DNA from: Candidatus Micrarchaeaceae archaeon
GTDB taxonomy: Bacteria > Chloroflexota > Dormibacteria > Aeolococcales > Bog-877
Assembly (NCBI GenBank): GCA_035531715.1
Contig: DATKSI010000034.1
Coordinates: forward strand, 101,177-165,176
Direction of reading: 5' to 3'
Length of the DNA: 64,000 nucleotides
The notes beneath the pieces were generated by a model. The model saw only the letters and a program-made list of their open reading frames with translations, searched no databases and was not told the DNA's origin. Position numbers and translations under genes: made by a program. Below are positions 8,290 through 20,422 of the stretch, piece by piece. Position 1 is the first letter of the stretch. Each line of letters starts with the position of its first letter.

Positions 8290-9246
8290 ATGGTCTCCGG
8301 CCTGGCCCAAACCACCTTTGTCGCCGGCGTCGACCTCGGCGGCACCTGGATCAGGGTCGGACTGGCTGGTCCCGACGGGCGGATCCGCCACCGGGCCCAG
8401 GTCAGAACCGCTGCTTCCCAAGGTCCCGAAGGGGTGCTGGCGCAGATCGAGGAGCTGGTGCGGGAGGCGGTGTCCGCGGTGCCCGAGTCAAGTCTCTCCC
8501 AGCTGGTCCTGGCGGTCGGGGTCCCGGGCCCGGTGGACCTTGAGTCCGGGGTGGTCGAGGGCGCGCCCAACCTGCCCGGTTGGCGGCGGTTCCCGGTGCG
8601 GCAGCGGCTGGAAAAGCTGCTCGGCTGCGAATGCCTGATCGATCACGACGCCAACCTGGGCGCCCTGGCCGAGCACCGCCGGGGAACCGGTCGGGGCACT
8701 CAGGACTTCGTCTATGTGACCGTCAGCACCGGCATCGGCGCCGGCTTGATCCTGGGCGGGCAGCTGTATCGCGGCCATCAGGGAAGTGCCGGGGAGTTCG
8801 GCCACATGGTGATCCTCCCCGAAGGGCCACTCTGCAACTGTGGCAATCGGGGCTGCCTGGAGGCAGTTGCCTCGGGAACCGCGATCGCCCGCCAGGCGGG
8901 TCTTGGCAGCGCCTCCGAGGTGGGTCGGCTGGCGGCCGCTGGTGACCCCGGGGCCCAGGCGGTGCTGAGTCGGGCTGCCCGTTACGTGGGGCTGGCGTTG
9001 GGTGGCTTGATCAACCTGCTCAACCCCGAGGCGGTCGCGGTGGGAGGTGGGGTTGCCGCGGCGCCCGAGTTCTGGAGCGCGGTCCTGGCTGGGGTCGCCG
9101 ACTCCTCATTCGCCTCGGTTCGAGGCAGCTGTCGGATCGAGCGAGCTGAGCTGGGAGAGGACCAGGGGCTGCTGGGGGCAATCGAGCTGGCCCTGGACTG
9201 CGCCCGGGTCGGGAGGCTTCCGGTCGCCAAGGTGGTCCTGCCGTAA
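8290..9246 (+). CDS. ROK-family sugar kinase (glucokinase-like)
   Basis: N-terminal ATP-binding motif GVDLGGTWIRVG. ROK zinc motif GHMVILPEGPLCNCGNRGCLEAVASG. Confidence 0.88.
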   Translation: MVSGLAQTTFVAGVDLGGTWIRVGLAGPDGRIRHRAQVRTAASQGPEGVLAQIEELVREAVSAVPESSLSQLVLAVGVPGPVDLESGVVEGAPNLPGWRRFPVRQRLEKLLGCECLIDHDANLGALAEHRRGTGRGTQDFVYVTVSTGIGAGLILGGQLYRGHQGSAGEFGHMVILPEGPLCNCGNRGCLEAVASGTAIARQAGLGSASEVGRLAAAGDPGAQAVLSRAARYVGLALGGLINLLNPEAVAVGGGVAAAPEFWSAVLAGVADSSFASVRGSCRIERAELGEDQGLLGAIELALDCARVGRLPVAKVVLP

Positions 9247-9263
9247 AACGGGGCGGCGGACTC

Positions 9264-10019
9264 CTAGCCGATGAGGACGGCGGTGATCGATTTCGCCTGG
9301 TCAACCAGAAGCTGTCCCAAGGAGTCCTCCAAGACCGTGTTGAAGCGACCCTCTGGCAGCGCGAAGGCGACCGCTCCCTGCACCTGACCACCCGGGCCGG
9401 AGAAGGGTGCGGCCAGCTCGCGGGAGAAGTTTCCCGGTCGGCCGGGAAGTGAGGCGAATCCCCGGCTCCGCACCACCGCCAGCTGCCCAGCCAGTTCCGA
9501 TGCCTTGACGGCGGCCCGTTCTCGACCGAACGCGGTGATCAGGGTCTCGCTGTCCAGACACGAGAGGATCGCCAGCCCGGCGGCGCAGGAGACGAGCGAG
9601 ATCCACTCGTGCAGCGCGGGTCTAACCTGGAGTTGGTGCCGGGCGGGAATCTCGGCCACGTACACCAGCGCCAGCTCGGCAGCTCCATAGATCGCCAGCA
9701 GCGCCGTTTCACCGCCGGACCTAGCCGCCGCCCGGAGGTAGGGCAGAGCCAGTTCGACCACCGGGGCGCGGGCGGCCCCACGCAGGGCGAGTCGGTAAAA
9801 GCCGAGGCTCAGCCGATAGCGCCCGCTGTTCGGCAGGGACTCGATCAGCCCCTCTTGTTCGAGGGCACCGAGCGATCGGTGGACGGTGCTGGGCGCCATC
9901 CCCACCGCTGCGGCGAGCTCCCTGACCCCGTAGTCGTCAGCGGCATGGTCCGCCATCCACCCGAGCAGCCGGACGGTCCGGCCGAGCGGGTTTCGTTGAT
10001 GACTCAGTAGCCGGGACAC
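9264..10019 (-). CDS. IclR-family transcriptional regulator
   Basis: N-terminal winged HTH (YGVRELAAAVGMAPSTVHRSLGALEQEGLI), followed by an IclR effector-domain-length C-terminus. Confidence 0.85.
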   Translation of the reverse strand: MSRLLSHQRNPLGRTVRLLGWMADHAADDYGVRELAAAVGMAPSTVHRSLGALEQEGLIESLPNSGRYRLSLGFYRLALRGAARAPVVELALPYLRAAARSGGETALLAIYGAAELALVYVAEIPARHQLQVRPALHEWISLVSCAAGLAILSCLDSETLITAFGRERAAVKASELAGQLAVVRSRGFASLPGRPGNFSRELAAPFSGPGGQVQGAVAFALPEGRFNTVLEDSLGQLLVDQAKSITAVLIG

Positions 10020-10146
10020 GACTGCCCACCGGGGGCTGCGCGAGACACTACGGCGCTCCTCCCGCCGCAGTATAGGCGGTCGTTCCGTCCGGATGAACAG
10101 GGAGCGAGGCCGACCGAACTATCGGCTGGCCCCGCTCAGCACCAGT

Positions 10147-11088
10147 TCAGCGACCGCGATGGTGGCGCCGCGCCGGTCGGTGGCGCTCGGGCCGCTCCGG
10201 TTCCACGCCCAGGATGACCTGGAGCTGCTGATCATCGGCTCCGCGTACGAGTTCCAGCTCGAGCTGGTCGCCCGGCTTGGCCGCTCCCAGCACGCGGTGC
10301 AGGTCCGATGCCCTGGAGAGCTCTGCCCCGCCAGCCTTGGTCAAGAGATCGCCCTTCCTGACACCCGCCATCGCGGCGGGTCCCTCCTCGTCCAGTTGCT
10401 GGACCAGCACCCCGGGCCGCTCCGGCAGACCGACCGCAGCCCGCAGCCGGCGAGCCACCTCGCCCGGTAGCAGTCCAACGCCCAGGTAGGGTCGGATCAC
10501 CGGCTCACCCTGACCGAGCGATTCCAGCCTGGATCTGAGTGTGGAGTCAGCCGGGAGAGCCGCATACAGGCCCTCGCCCAGCCGCTTGGTGTTGATGCCG
10601 ACCAGCTCGCCGGAGAGAGTCAGGACCGGTCCGCCGGAGGAGCCGTGCGGCAAGGGGGCGCTGTGCTCGAATCCGCCCGCGATCGGATGTCCCCCTGGAC
10701 CCCGGAACTCTAGGTCCTGGGCGGAAACCACCCCAAAGCTCAGCCTAGGTCCGCGGCCCCCGGGATTGGCTGCGGCGAATATGGGCGCGCCCAGCTGAGG
10801 GCCCCGCTCCGCCCACCCGATCGCCGCCACTCCGTCAGTCGGGACCCTGATCACCGCCAGGTCGCCGGCCACATCCGCGGTGACGGAAACCGCCTCCCGG
10901 TGCGAGCCGTCGGCGAAGTGCACCCCGGGGCTCTCCGTATGGACGTTGTGGGCGCTGGTCACCACCAACCCTTCGCCGAAGACGATCCCGCTGCCCGATG
11001 GCCAACGGCTGCCGATCCCGACGACGGCAGGTAGAGCCCGCCTCCGAGCAGTCGCCGCCGCCTCTTCTAACTCTTCAGCAAAGCCCAA
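10147..11088 (-). CDS. Trypsin-like serine protease with C-terminal PDZ domain (HtrA/S1C-like), no obvious signal peptide
   Basis: Catalytic triad contexts VTSAHNV, GDLAVIRV and HGSSGGPV. PDZ-like end (GVLVQQLDEEGPAAMAGVRKGDLL). The N-terminus (MGFAEELEEAAATARRR) is hydrophilic. Confidence 0.85.
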   Translation of the reverse strand: MGFAEELEEAAATARRRALPAVVGIGSRWPSGSGIVFGEGLVVTSAHNVHTESPGVHFADGSHREAVSVTADVAGDLAVIRVPTDGVAAIGWAERGPQLGAPIFAAANPGGRGPRLSFGVVSAQDLEFRGPGGHPIAGGFEHSAPLPHGSSGGPVLTLSGELVGINTKRLGEGLYAALPADSTLRSRLESLGQGEPVIRPYLGVGLLPGEVARRLRAAVGLPERPGVLVQQLDEEGPAAMAGVRKGDLLTKAGGAELSRASDLHRVLGAAKPGDQLELELVRGADDQQLQVILGVEPERPERHRPARRHHRGR

Positions 11089-11115
11089 CTCGATTCTCCT
11101 ATGGCGAAGTCGCTA

Positions 11116-11139
11116 GTATCTTGCAAGTAGCAAGTATAC
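11116..11139. promoter_or_regulatory. AT-rich repeat/palindrome element in the divergent htrA-like/hxlR intergenic region (candidate operator)
   Basis: Sequence GTATCTTGCAAGTAGCAAGTATAC. It contains the perfect palindrome CTTGCAAG, a tandem GCAAGTA GCAAGTA, and an imperfect inverted repeat (GTATCTTGC / GCAAGTATAC). It stands out against GC-rich flanks. Confidence 0.4.
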
Positions 11140-11192
11140 CGCGATCCCCGCACCTCAAACCCTTTGCGTCGTGGGCAAGCGAAGATGCTGGG

Positions 11193-11627
11193 GTGACCGA
11201 CGTCCCCTTGACCGCGCGGGCCGGGCTGGCGGCCGCCCTGGACCGGGTCGGCGACCGCTGGGCGCTGCTCTTGGTGGGGGCGCTACTGGGTGGTCCGCGT
11301 CGCTTCAGCGACCTTCAGCGGGACCTCCCGGCGATCGCCTCCAACGTCCTGACCGAGCGGCTCCGGCGGTTGGAGCTGGCCGGGGTGGTCGAGAGCCAGC
11401 GCTACCTGGCCCGACCGCCTCGGATGGAGTACGGACTGACCGTGGCCGGCCGCGGCCTGGCCACCGTGATCGAAGCCCTGGATCGGTGGGGCGGCCGGGA
11501 GGGCGCGCCCGGGCCGATCCATCACCGCTGCGGAACTGCGATGGAACCGCGCTTCTACTGCCCCACCTGCGACCAGCTGGTGATCCCGGGCGAATCCAGC
11601 TCGGAAGACGACCTTGTCTTCGCCTAG
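11193..11627 (+). CDS. HxlR-family transcriptional regulator with a Cys/His-rich C-terminal extension
   Basis: HxlR core LDRVGDRWALLLVGALLGGPRRFSDLQRDLPAIASNVLTERLRRLELAGVV. C-terminus HHRCGTAMEPRFYCPTCD. GTG 11193 chosen, because the upstream part of the ORF overlaps the divergent protease gene. Confidence 0.8.
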   Translation: MTDVPLTARAGLAAALDRVGDRWALLLVGALLGGPRRFSDLQRDLPAIASNVLTERLRRLELAGVVESQRYLARPPRMEYGLTVAGRGLATVIEALDRWGGREGAPGPIHHRCGTAMEPRFYCPTCDQLVIPGESSSEDDLVFA

Positions 11628-13077
11628 GACACCTGCGGTCCAGCTGCTCCCCGAGATCCCGTCGGCGCTCGCGCTGCGCCGCCTCTTGCCCGAGCTGGAG
11701 CAGGGGGTCGGAGCTCGGGTCTGCATCGTGGGCGGCTACGTCCGCGACCTGCTGATGGGCCGCCCGGCGGAGACCGACACGGACGTGGTGGTCGAGCAGG
11801 GGAGCGCCGAGGCGGCCGCCGAGTGGCTGCGTCAGCGTTGGGACCGCCGGGCGACCGTGGTTGCCTTTGAGCGCTTCGGGACAGCCCAGGTCGCCTTCTT
11901 GGTCCCGGAGAAGGGTCGCTTCACGGTTGAGTTCGTCAAGGCCCGGGCCGAGGCCTACTCGCCGGAGAGTCGCAAGCCGACGGTGAGGGCGGGCACCATG
12001 GAGGAAGACGCACTCCGCCGCGACTTCACCCTCAACGCCCTCATGCTGGACAGCTCCGGCGTGGTGCTCGATCCCACCGAGAGCGGTCTCGCGGATCTGC
12101 GCCGTGGGCTGCTGCGGACTCCGCTCGCAGCGGCTGAGACCTTCTCTGAAGACCCCCTGCGCATGCTCCGGGCGGCCCGCTTCGTGGCCCAGCTCGAGTT
12201 CCAGCTGGCACCGGGAGTGGAATCGGCCATGACCGAGATGGCACCTCGATTGGCCATCGTCTCCCCGGAGCGGATTCGCGACGAGCTGCTCAAGCTGCTG
12301 CTCGCCGGCCGGCCCTCACTCGGGTTGCGGATCCTCGAGCGAACCCGACTGTTGGCCGAGATCTCGCCGGAGCTGGCCGCCATGGCCGGGGTCGAGCAGG
12401 GGGGCTACCACGTCGGCGACGTTTTCGAGCACACCTGCCTGGCCCTGGATGCCGCTCCCAGGGAACGGCTGGTGCGGCTGGCGGTCCTCTTTCACGACGT
12501 CGGCAAGCCGCCTACCGCCGCGTCCTCACCCGCGGGCCCCACCTTCATTCGACACCCGCAGATCGGCGCGGAGATCGCCGGCGCCACCATGAGAAGGCTC
12601 CGCTTCAGCGGGGCCGAGACCGATGCGGTCCGTCAGCTGGTGCTGCTCCACATGCGCCCGATCCAGTACAGCTCGGAGTGGGCGGACAGCGCGGTCCGCC
12701 GACTCTGGCATGCCGCCGGGGACCGGGTGCCCGAGCTGATGGCCTTGGCCCGGGCCGATACCGAGGGCTCTTCATATCCTGGGGTGGACCAGCTGGCTGA
12801 ACTCGAAACCCGGTTGGAGCAGGTGGCGGAGGCGAATCCGCAGGGGATCCGCCCACCGCTGGGGGGCGAGCAGTTGAAGCAAGCCTTCCTGCTCCCGGCT
12901 GGCCCCTGGATCGGCCGGGCCCAAGAAGTCCTGCTGGAGGCGGTGATGGAGGGAGTGCTGCCCCCACCCCATGCGCCGAGCGCCGAACAGGCGGCGGTCG
13001 CTCACCTGGAGCGGCACCGCGAGGACTGGCGACCACGCCCGGGCGAGCCGGGAGCGGACCCGAGGGAGCCGGCCTAG
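11614..13077 (+). CDS. cca: CCA tRNA nucleotidyltransferase / poly(A) polymerase family with HD domain
   Basis: Nucleotidyltransferase motif IVGGYVRDLLMGR...DTDVVV, RRDFTLNA motif, and HD domain (LAVLFHDVGKP). Confidence 0.85.
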   Translation: MSSPRTPAVQLLPEIPSALALRRLLPELEQGVGARVCIVGGYVRDLLMGRPAETDTDVVVEQGSAEAAAEWLRQRWDRRATVVAFERFGTAQVAFLVPEKGRFTVEFVKARAEAYSPESRKPTVRAGTMEEDALRRDFTLNALMLDSSGVVLDPTESGLADLRRGLLRTPLAAAETFSEDPLRMLRAARFVAQLEFQLAPGVESAMTEMAPRLAIVSPERIRDELLKLLLAGRPSLGLRILERTRLLAEISPELAAMAGVEQGGYHVGDVFEHTCLALDAAPRERLVRLAVLFHDVGKPPTAASSPAGPTFIRHPQIGAEIAGATMRRLRFSGAETDAVRQLVLLHMRPIQYSSEWADSAVRRLWHAAGDRVPELMALARADTEGSSYPGVDQLAELETRLEQVAEANPQGIRPPLGGEQLKQAFLLPAGPWIGRAQEVLLEAVMEGVLPPPHAPSAEQAAVAHLERHREDWRPRPGEPGADPREPA

Positions 13078-13413
13078 CTTCGCCTGGCAGCGAACAAAGA
13101 ACCTTTCCCCCGTCGTTCAATCGGGGTGAAGAGGTGCACTCGCCTGGGCCCCTGAGACGACCACCGCCCCGAGCTGTCGCGGCGGCGGACGGCCCCCACT
13201 TCAACTCGGGATGAGGAAGAGGGGCCGGTCCTCCGGAGCCGTGAGCCCGGTTCGTAACCCGCCTCGATGCGTGCTTGCGGGCGAGGCTCACAGCTGTGAT
13301 CCACCTCCACACCTTCCTGCCGTGGATTCGAGGTGGTCGGTGCTGTCATGATTCATCAGCGATGCTGGCGTCACCGGACGGCGCCCGAGCGTGAGCCCGG
13401 TAGAGGGGGTGTG

Positions 13414-13788
13414 ATGCAAGATCTCGCGATCGATCTGGATAGCCACGAACGGGCGATGAGCACAGCCGCCGAAGCTCTGGCCGAGGCGGGGATCAACATC
13501 GAAGGGATGACGGGACCGATGAACGGTGACGAGCTCAGCCTCGGACACATGCTGTTCGAAAACAGCGCGGACGCGAGGCGCGTCCTCGAGGCGGCGGGGC
13601 TGAAGGTGGTAGCTGAGCGCGATGTGGTGGTCGTGCCGCTAGAAGACCGGGCTGGGGCGTTATGGGAGCTGCTGCAGAGAATTGGACCGCGTTCCTACGA
13701 CCTCGTCTACCTGGCCACCGGGAGCCGCGTCGTGCTGGGTGGCCAGGCGATCGAGGAGGTGGCCCGAACATTGGCCACCGGTGCGTAG
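13414..13788 (+). CDS. Small tandem ACT-domain-like protein
   Basis: GAGGGGG lies just upstream of GTG 13411 / ATG 13414. Two ACT-like halves: LAIDLDSHERAMSTAAEALAEAGINIEG... and VVVVPLEDRAGALWELLQRIG... Confidence 0.55.
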   Translation: MQDLAIDLDSHERAMSTAAEALAEAGINIEGMTGPMNGDELSLGHMLFENSADARRVLEAAGLKVVAERDVVVVPLEDRAGALWELLQRIGPRSYDLVYLATGSRVVLGGQAIEEVARTLATGA

Positions 13789-13952
13789 TCCGGAGTTCGC
13801 GATCAGGCCCGGCAACGGCCGCGGCGCAGCCGTCGGCATCCACCGGGCCAGGGTCGGGTGGGAGCTGTGCCGGGAGGCGGCCCCGGCCCACCCGCTGGTC
13901 GGGACTAAAGCTAGACTGGACGGGTCGGGGGACGATCTCGGGTTAGTTCAAG

Positions 13953-14489
13953 GTGCCTGCCATCAATCGGCTGAAGCGGCTGCGGCTGTTGATCTTGGAG
14001 TTACCGCTCCAACTTCGGCTGGCCTACTGCTTGACCCGTGATCCCCTTACGCCGGCGCCCCTGAAGGCGGCCCTGATTGGCTCGCTGGCGCTGATCCTCA
14101 ACCCGGCCATCGACCTGCCGGCGTGGGTCCCCGTGGTGGGCCAGATGGACGCGATCGCCCTGACGGTGCTGGCGGTCAGGACCTTCAACTCTCAGGCACC
14201 GCGGGAACTCAGGGAGTCGATTGAGGCCGAAATTCGCGCGGGCCAGAGCCGATTCGACCTGGACCTGCGCCAGGGCATTGCCGCCGCCGGGAGGCTGACG
14301 CTGCTGTTGGAGGCGGTTCCGGGTCTTATCTCGGGGCGTCGTCCGCGGCGAAAGCCGGTGGCGCCGCCCACCGAGGTCGCTCCCTGGTACCGTTCTCCTG
14401 CGTCAGCCGGGGGGAGGACCGGGGAGGCAGGCGGCGTGCCCGGGTCCGATGGCCCCCTGCCCACAGTCAGCGAGGAGCATTCGAGTTGA
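13953..14489 (+). CDS. DUF1232 (YkvA-like) membrane protein
   Basis: Characteristic segment LTRDPLTPAPLKAALIGSLALILNPAIDLPAWVPVVGQMDAIALTVL. The stop overlaps the rplI start. Confidence 0.65.
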   Translation: MPAINRLKRLRLLILELPLQLRLAYCLTRDPLTPAPLKAALIGSLALILNPAIDLPAWVPVVGQMDAIALTVLAVRTFNSQAPRELRESIEAEIRAGQSRFDLDLRQGIAAAGRLTLLLEAVPGLISGRRPRRKPVAPPTEVAPWYRSPASAGGRTGEAGGVPGSDGPLPTVSEEHSS

Positions 14490-14929
14490 AGGTCATTCTG
14501 ATCCAGGACGTGGCGGGCACCGGCCACGCCGGTGATGTCCGTGAGGTGGCCGACGGCTATGCCCGCAACTTCTTGCTTCCCCGTCGCTTGGCCCAGCCTG
14601 CCCGGGCCACCGCGGAGGCCCAAATCCGGGCCCAGCGAGAGCGGCAGCGGCACCGGGTGGAGGCCGAGCTGACCGAGGCCCGGGCCATCGCCACCAAACT
14701 GGAGTCGACCGTGGTTGAGATTACCGCCCGGGCCGGCGAGACCGGCAAGCTCTATGGCGCGGTGGTCAACATCGACGTGGCGGAAGCGATCGAGTCCCAG
14801 TTGGGGGTGGTCCTTGACCGGCGTAACATCGAGTTCGAACCTGCCCATGAGGTGGGGGAACATCAGGCTGTGGCCAAACTCCACACTGAGGTCGAGGCCC
14901 GGATCAAAGTCCGGGTCATCGCGGCGTGA
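14486..14929 (+). CDS. rplI: 50S ribosomal protein L9
   Basis: MKVILIQDVAGTGHAGDVREVADGYARNFLLPRRLA N-terminal domain and typical length. Confidence 0.93.
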   Translation: MKVILIQDVAGTGHAGDVREVADGYARNFLLPRRLAQPARATAEAQIRAQRERQRHRVEAELTEARAIATKLESTVVEITARAGETGKLYGAVVNIDVAEAIESQLGVVLDRRNIEFEPAHEVGEHQAVAKLHTEVEARIKVRVIAA

Positions 14930-16302
14930 GCGCCCGGCCGGAGCTCCGGCCGGCCACCCCGCTTCGGCTCCCCCCGCACAACCACGACGCTGAGCGCTCT
15001 GTGCTGGGTGCATTGCTCCTGGACAAGGATCAGATCGGGGTGGTGGTGGGCAAACTGGAGGCCGACGACTTCTACCTGGCAGCCCACGCTGACGTCTTCC
15101 GGGCCATGCTCCATCTCTTCGCCCAAGGCACTCCCATCGACACCCTGACCCTGGCCGACGAGTTGGAGCGCCAGGGTTCGCTCGGTCGGGTCGGCGGGCT
15201 GGAGGTTCTGACCTCGCTGGCGGCCTCGGTCCCGACCGCGGCCAACGTGGAGTACTACGCGCGGATCGTCACCGACCATTCCCTCAAGCGTCGACTCATC
15301 TCGGCGGGCGGCCGACTCGCCGACCTGGGCTTCGATGAGAGTCTGGAGGCCCAGCCGGCGATCGAGGAGGCCGAGCGGACCGTGTTCCAGGTGGCGGACC
15401 GGGGTCGGGTGAAGAGCGACTTCGAGTCAATCGCGGAGCGGCTTCCCCAGACCTGGGAGACCCTCCAGCACGCCTACAACCAGAGGGCCAAGCGCTCGGT
15501 GACGGGCGTCGCCAGCGGCTTCGGGAAGTTGGACGCGGTCACCTCCGGCTTCCAGCGCTCCGAGCTGATCGTGGTGGCCGCCCGCCCGGGAGTGGGCAAG
15601 ACCTCCTTCGCCCTCAACGTGGCCCGGCACGCGGCCGTCCAGCGTCACCACGGGGTCGCCCTCTTCAGCCTGGAGATGTCGCGGGACGCGCTGGTGCAGC
15701 GCATGCTCTGCAGCGAGGCGGGGGTTGACTCCTACCGCTTGCGCACCGGCCAGCTGGCCGACGACACCTGGCAGAAGATCGCCACCGCGATGGACACTCT
15801 GAGCCGGGCCTCGATCTACATCGACGACACCCCGGCCCTCTCGGTGATTGAGATGCGGGCCAAGGCGCGGCGGTTGAGAGCCGCGAACCAGGTGGATCTC
15901 TTCATCGTCGACTACCTTCAGCTGATGCGCGCCACCACCCGCTCCGATTCCCGAGCCCAGGAGGTCTCGGAGATCTCGGCTGGGCTGAAGAGCCTGGCCC
16001 GAGAGCTGGATGTGCCGGTGATCGCTGTGTCCCAGCTCAACCGGGAGTCGGAGAGGCGCACCGATCGTCGACCCCAGCTCAGCGACCTCCGTGACTCGGG
16101 CAGCATCGAGCAGGACTCCGACATCGTGATGTTCCTCTACCGCCCCGGGATGCACGAGGAAGGCAAGGATCCGGCGATGACCGAACTGGACATCGCCAAG
16201 AATCGCAACGGACCGGTGGACCGGATCAATCTCTACTTCAACGCGGGGCAGACGGCCTTCCATGACGTCGATCGGATTCACCAGGACCCATCAGGTGAGT
16301 GA
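14926..16302 (+). CDS. dnaB: Replicative DNA helicase DnaB
   Basis: N-terminal PPHNHDAERSVLGALL. Walker A AARPGVGKTSFALN. DYLQLM and SQLNRE motifs. GTGA overlap with rplI. No intein-sized insertion. Confidence 0.95.
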   Translation: MSARPELRPATPLRLPPHNHDAERSVLGALLLDKDQIGVVVGKLEADDFYLAAHADVFRAMLHLFAQGTPIDTLTLADELERQGSLGRVGGLEVLTSLAASVPTAANVEYYARIVTDHSLKRRLISAGGRLADLGFDESLEAQPAIEEAERTVFQVADRGRVKSDFESIAERLPQTWETLQHAYNQRAKRSVTGVASGFGKLDAVTSGFQRSELIVVAARPGVGKTSFALNVARHAAVQRHHGVALFSLEMSRDALVQRMLCSEAGVDSYRLRTGQLADDTWQKIATAMDTLSRASIYIDDTPALSVIEMRAKARRLRAANQVDLFIVDYLQLMRATTRSDSRAQEVSEISAGLKSLARELDVPVIAVSQLNRESERRTDRRPQLSDLRDSGSIEQDSDIVMFLYRPGMHEEGKDPAMTELDIAKNRNGPVDRINLYFNAGQTAFHDVDRIHQDPSGE

Positions 16303-18895
<2,593 letters not shown>

Positions 18896-18899
<4 letters not shown>

Positions 18900-19369
18900 T
18901 CGACTCGGTTCCCGGCGCCACCCCGGAGGAGCGCCTGGCCCGGCTGGGGCTGGAGCTGCCCCCAGCACCCGTCCCGCTCGCCAACTATGTACCGTTTACC
19001 TACGCTGGCGAGTTGATCGTGACCTCGGGCGTCCTGCCGATGCGCGACGGCAAGGTGATCGAGGGACGACTGGGAGCGGACCTCAGCGTGGAGAGCGGCA
19101 TCGAGGCAGCTCGCAACGCCGCGCTCTCTCTCTTGGCGGTGTTGGAGGCTGCGGTCGGGAAGCTCGAGCAGATCACCGGTTTGCTGCTGCTCACCGGCTA
19201 TGTCCGCTCGGCGCCCGAGTTCGCCCGCCAGTCAGATGTGATCGATGGGGCATCCCATCTGCTTCACCAAGTCCTGGGCGAGCTTGGTAAGCACGCCCGG
19301 GTGTCGGTCGGGGTGGCCGAACTGCCCCGCGGGGCATGCCTCGAGCTCCAGCTGCTGGCGAGGCGCTGA
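18896..19369 (+). CDS. RidA/YjgF/Endoribonuclease L-PSP family protein
   Basis: GTGA overlap with the upstream stop. Family-typical segments LANYVPFTYAGELIVTSGVLP and ARVSVGVAELPRGACLELQLLA. Confidence 0.75.
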
Positions 19370-19426
19370 CCCGAGCGTCCAACGGGCGTCCCCGCTCACT
19401 TTGGGCCACGGTAAACTTGGCTGCCC

Positions 19427-20422
19427 GTGCCCAGAGCTTCACCATCGATCGCCGAGCCCGCCATTGAAGTGGTCGACCTGCGGCGGACCTACCGCACCAC
19501 GACCGGCACGGTGCGCCGCCGCCGCCTCGAGATCGAGGCCGTGCGGGGGATCTCCCTGCGGGTCGAACCGGGCGAGCTTTTCGGCCTGCTCGGCCCCAAC
19601 GGGGCTGGCAAAACCACCACCATCCGGATCCTCTGCACGCTTCTCCTGCCGACGTCGGGCGAGGTCAGTGTGTTGGGGCTGGATGTGGTGGCCCATCCCC
19701 GGGAGGTACGCCGCCAGATCGGCTATGTCTTCGGCGGGGATCGCGGGCTCTACGATCGGCTGAGCGCGCTCGACAATCTGCGCTACTTTGCCGACCTCTA
19801 CGCTCTCGAGCCGCGGCTGCAGCGGCAGCGGATCGAGGCGGTGCTGGAGCTGGTGGGGCTGGCGGGGCGGGGCAAGGAGCGGGTCGAGGGTTTCTCCAGA
19901 GGGATGCGGCAGCGGCTTCATCTCGCCCGGGGATTGCTGCACGACCCGCCCGTGCTCTTTTTCGACGAGCCCACCATTGGGGTGGATCCAGTCGGTGCTC
20001 GCGAGGTCCGCCAACTGGTCGCGGAGCTGGCCCGGTCGGGGAAGACGATCCTGCTAACCACCCATTACATGTTCGAAGCCGACAGCCTTTGCAACCGGAT
20101 CGCGGTGATCTCCCAGGGGAAGATCGTCGCCGAAGGCACTCCCGACCAGCTCAAGGCAGCGGTTACCGCCCGGGCCGTCGTCGAGATTGAGGCGTACGGT
20201 GTACCCGAGCTGACGGTGCAGCGGATCCGGGAGCTTCCCGAGGTGGAGAACGTGACGACCGAAGTGCGGGAGCAGGCCCAGCTGCTCACCGTGCAGGCGC
20301 GCGAGGGCAGTCAGCTCACCGGTCGCCTCCTCCAGATTCTGGAGGGAGTCCGGGTGGAGCGGATCGCCGCTCGGGAGCCCACCCTGGAGGACGCCTACGT
20401 CGCGCTGGTGACCGTCCCATGA
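19427..20422 (+). CDS. ABC transporter ATP-binding protein (ABC-2/DrrA-like exporter ATPase)
   Basis: Walker A GPNGAGKTTT, signature FSRGMRQRLHLARGL, and Walker B VLFFDEPT. Confidence 0.9.
   Translation: MPRASPSIAEPAIEVVDLRRTYRTTTGTVRRRRLEIEAVRGISLRVEPGELFGLLGPNGAGKTTTIRILCTLLLPTSGEVSVLGLDVVAHPREVRRQIGYVFGGDRGLYDRLSALDNLRYFADLYALEPRLQRQRIEAVLELVGLAGRGKERVEGFSRGMRQRLHLARGLLHDPPVLFFDEPTIGVDPVGAREVRQLVAELARSGKTILLTTHYMFEADSLCNRIAVISQGKIVAEGTPDQLKAAVTARAVVEIEAYGVPELTVQRIRELPEVENVTTEVREQAQLLTVQAREGSQLTGRLLQILEGVRVERIAAREPTLEDAYVALVTVP

Noticed and set aside
13078-13413. 336-bp gap after the CCA-enzyme gene, with a CCACCTC-N22-GAGGTGG stem (13301-13336) and a 91-aa - strand ORF (13074-13349).
   Set aside because: The ORF is Arg/Ser/Pro-rich with no SD or family resemblance. 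The 7-bp stem with a 22-nt loop is weak evidence for a structured RNA. This is probably a promoter/leader for the ACT-domain gene.
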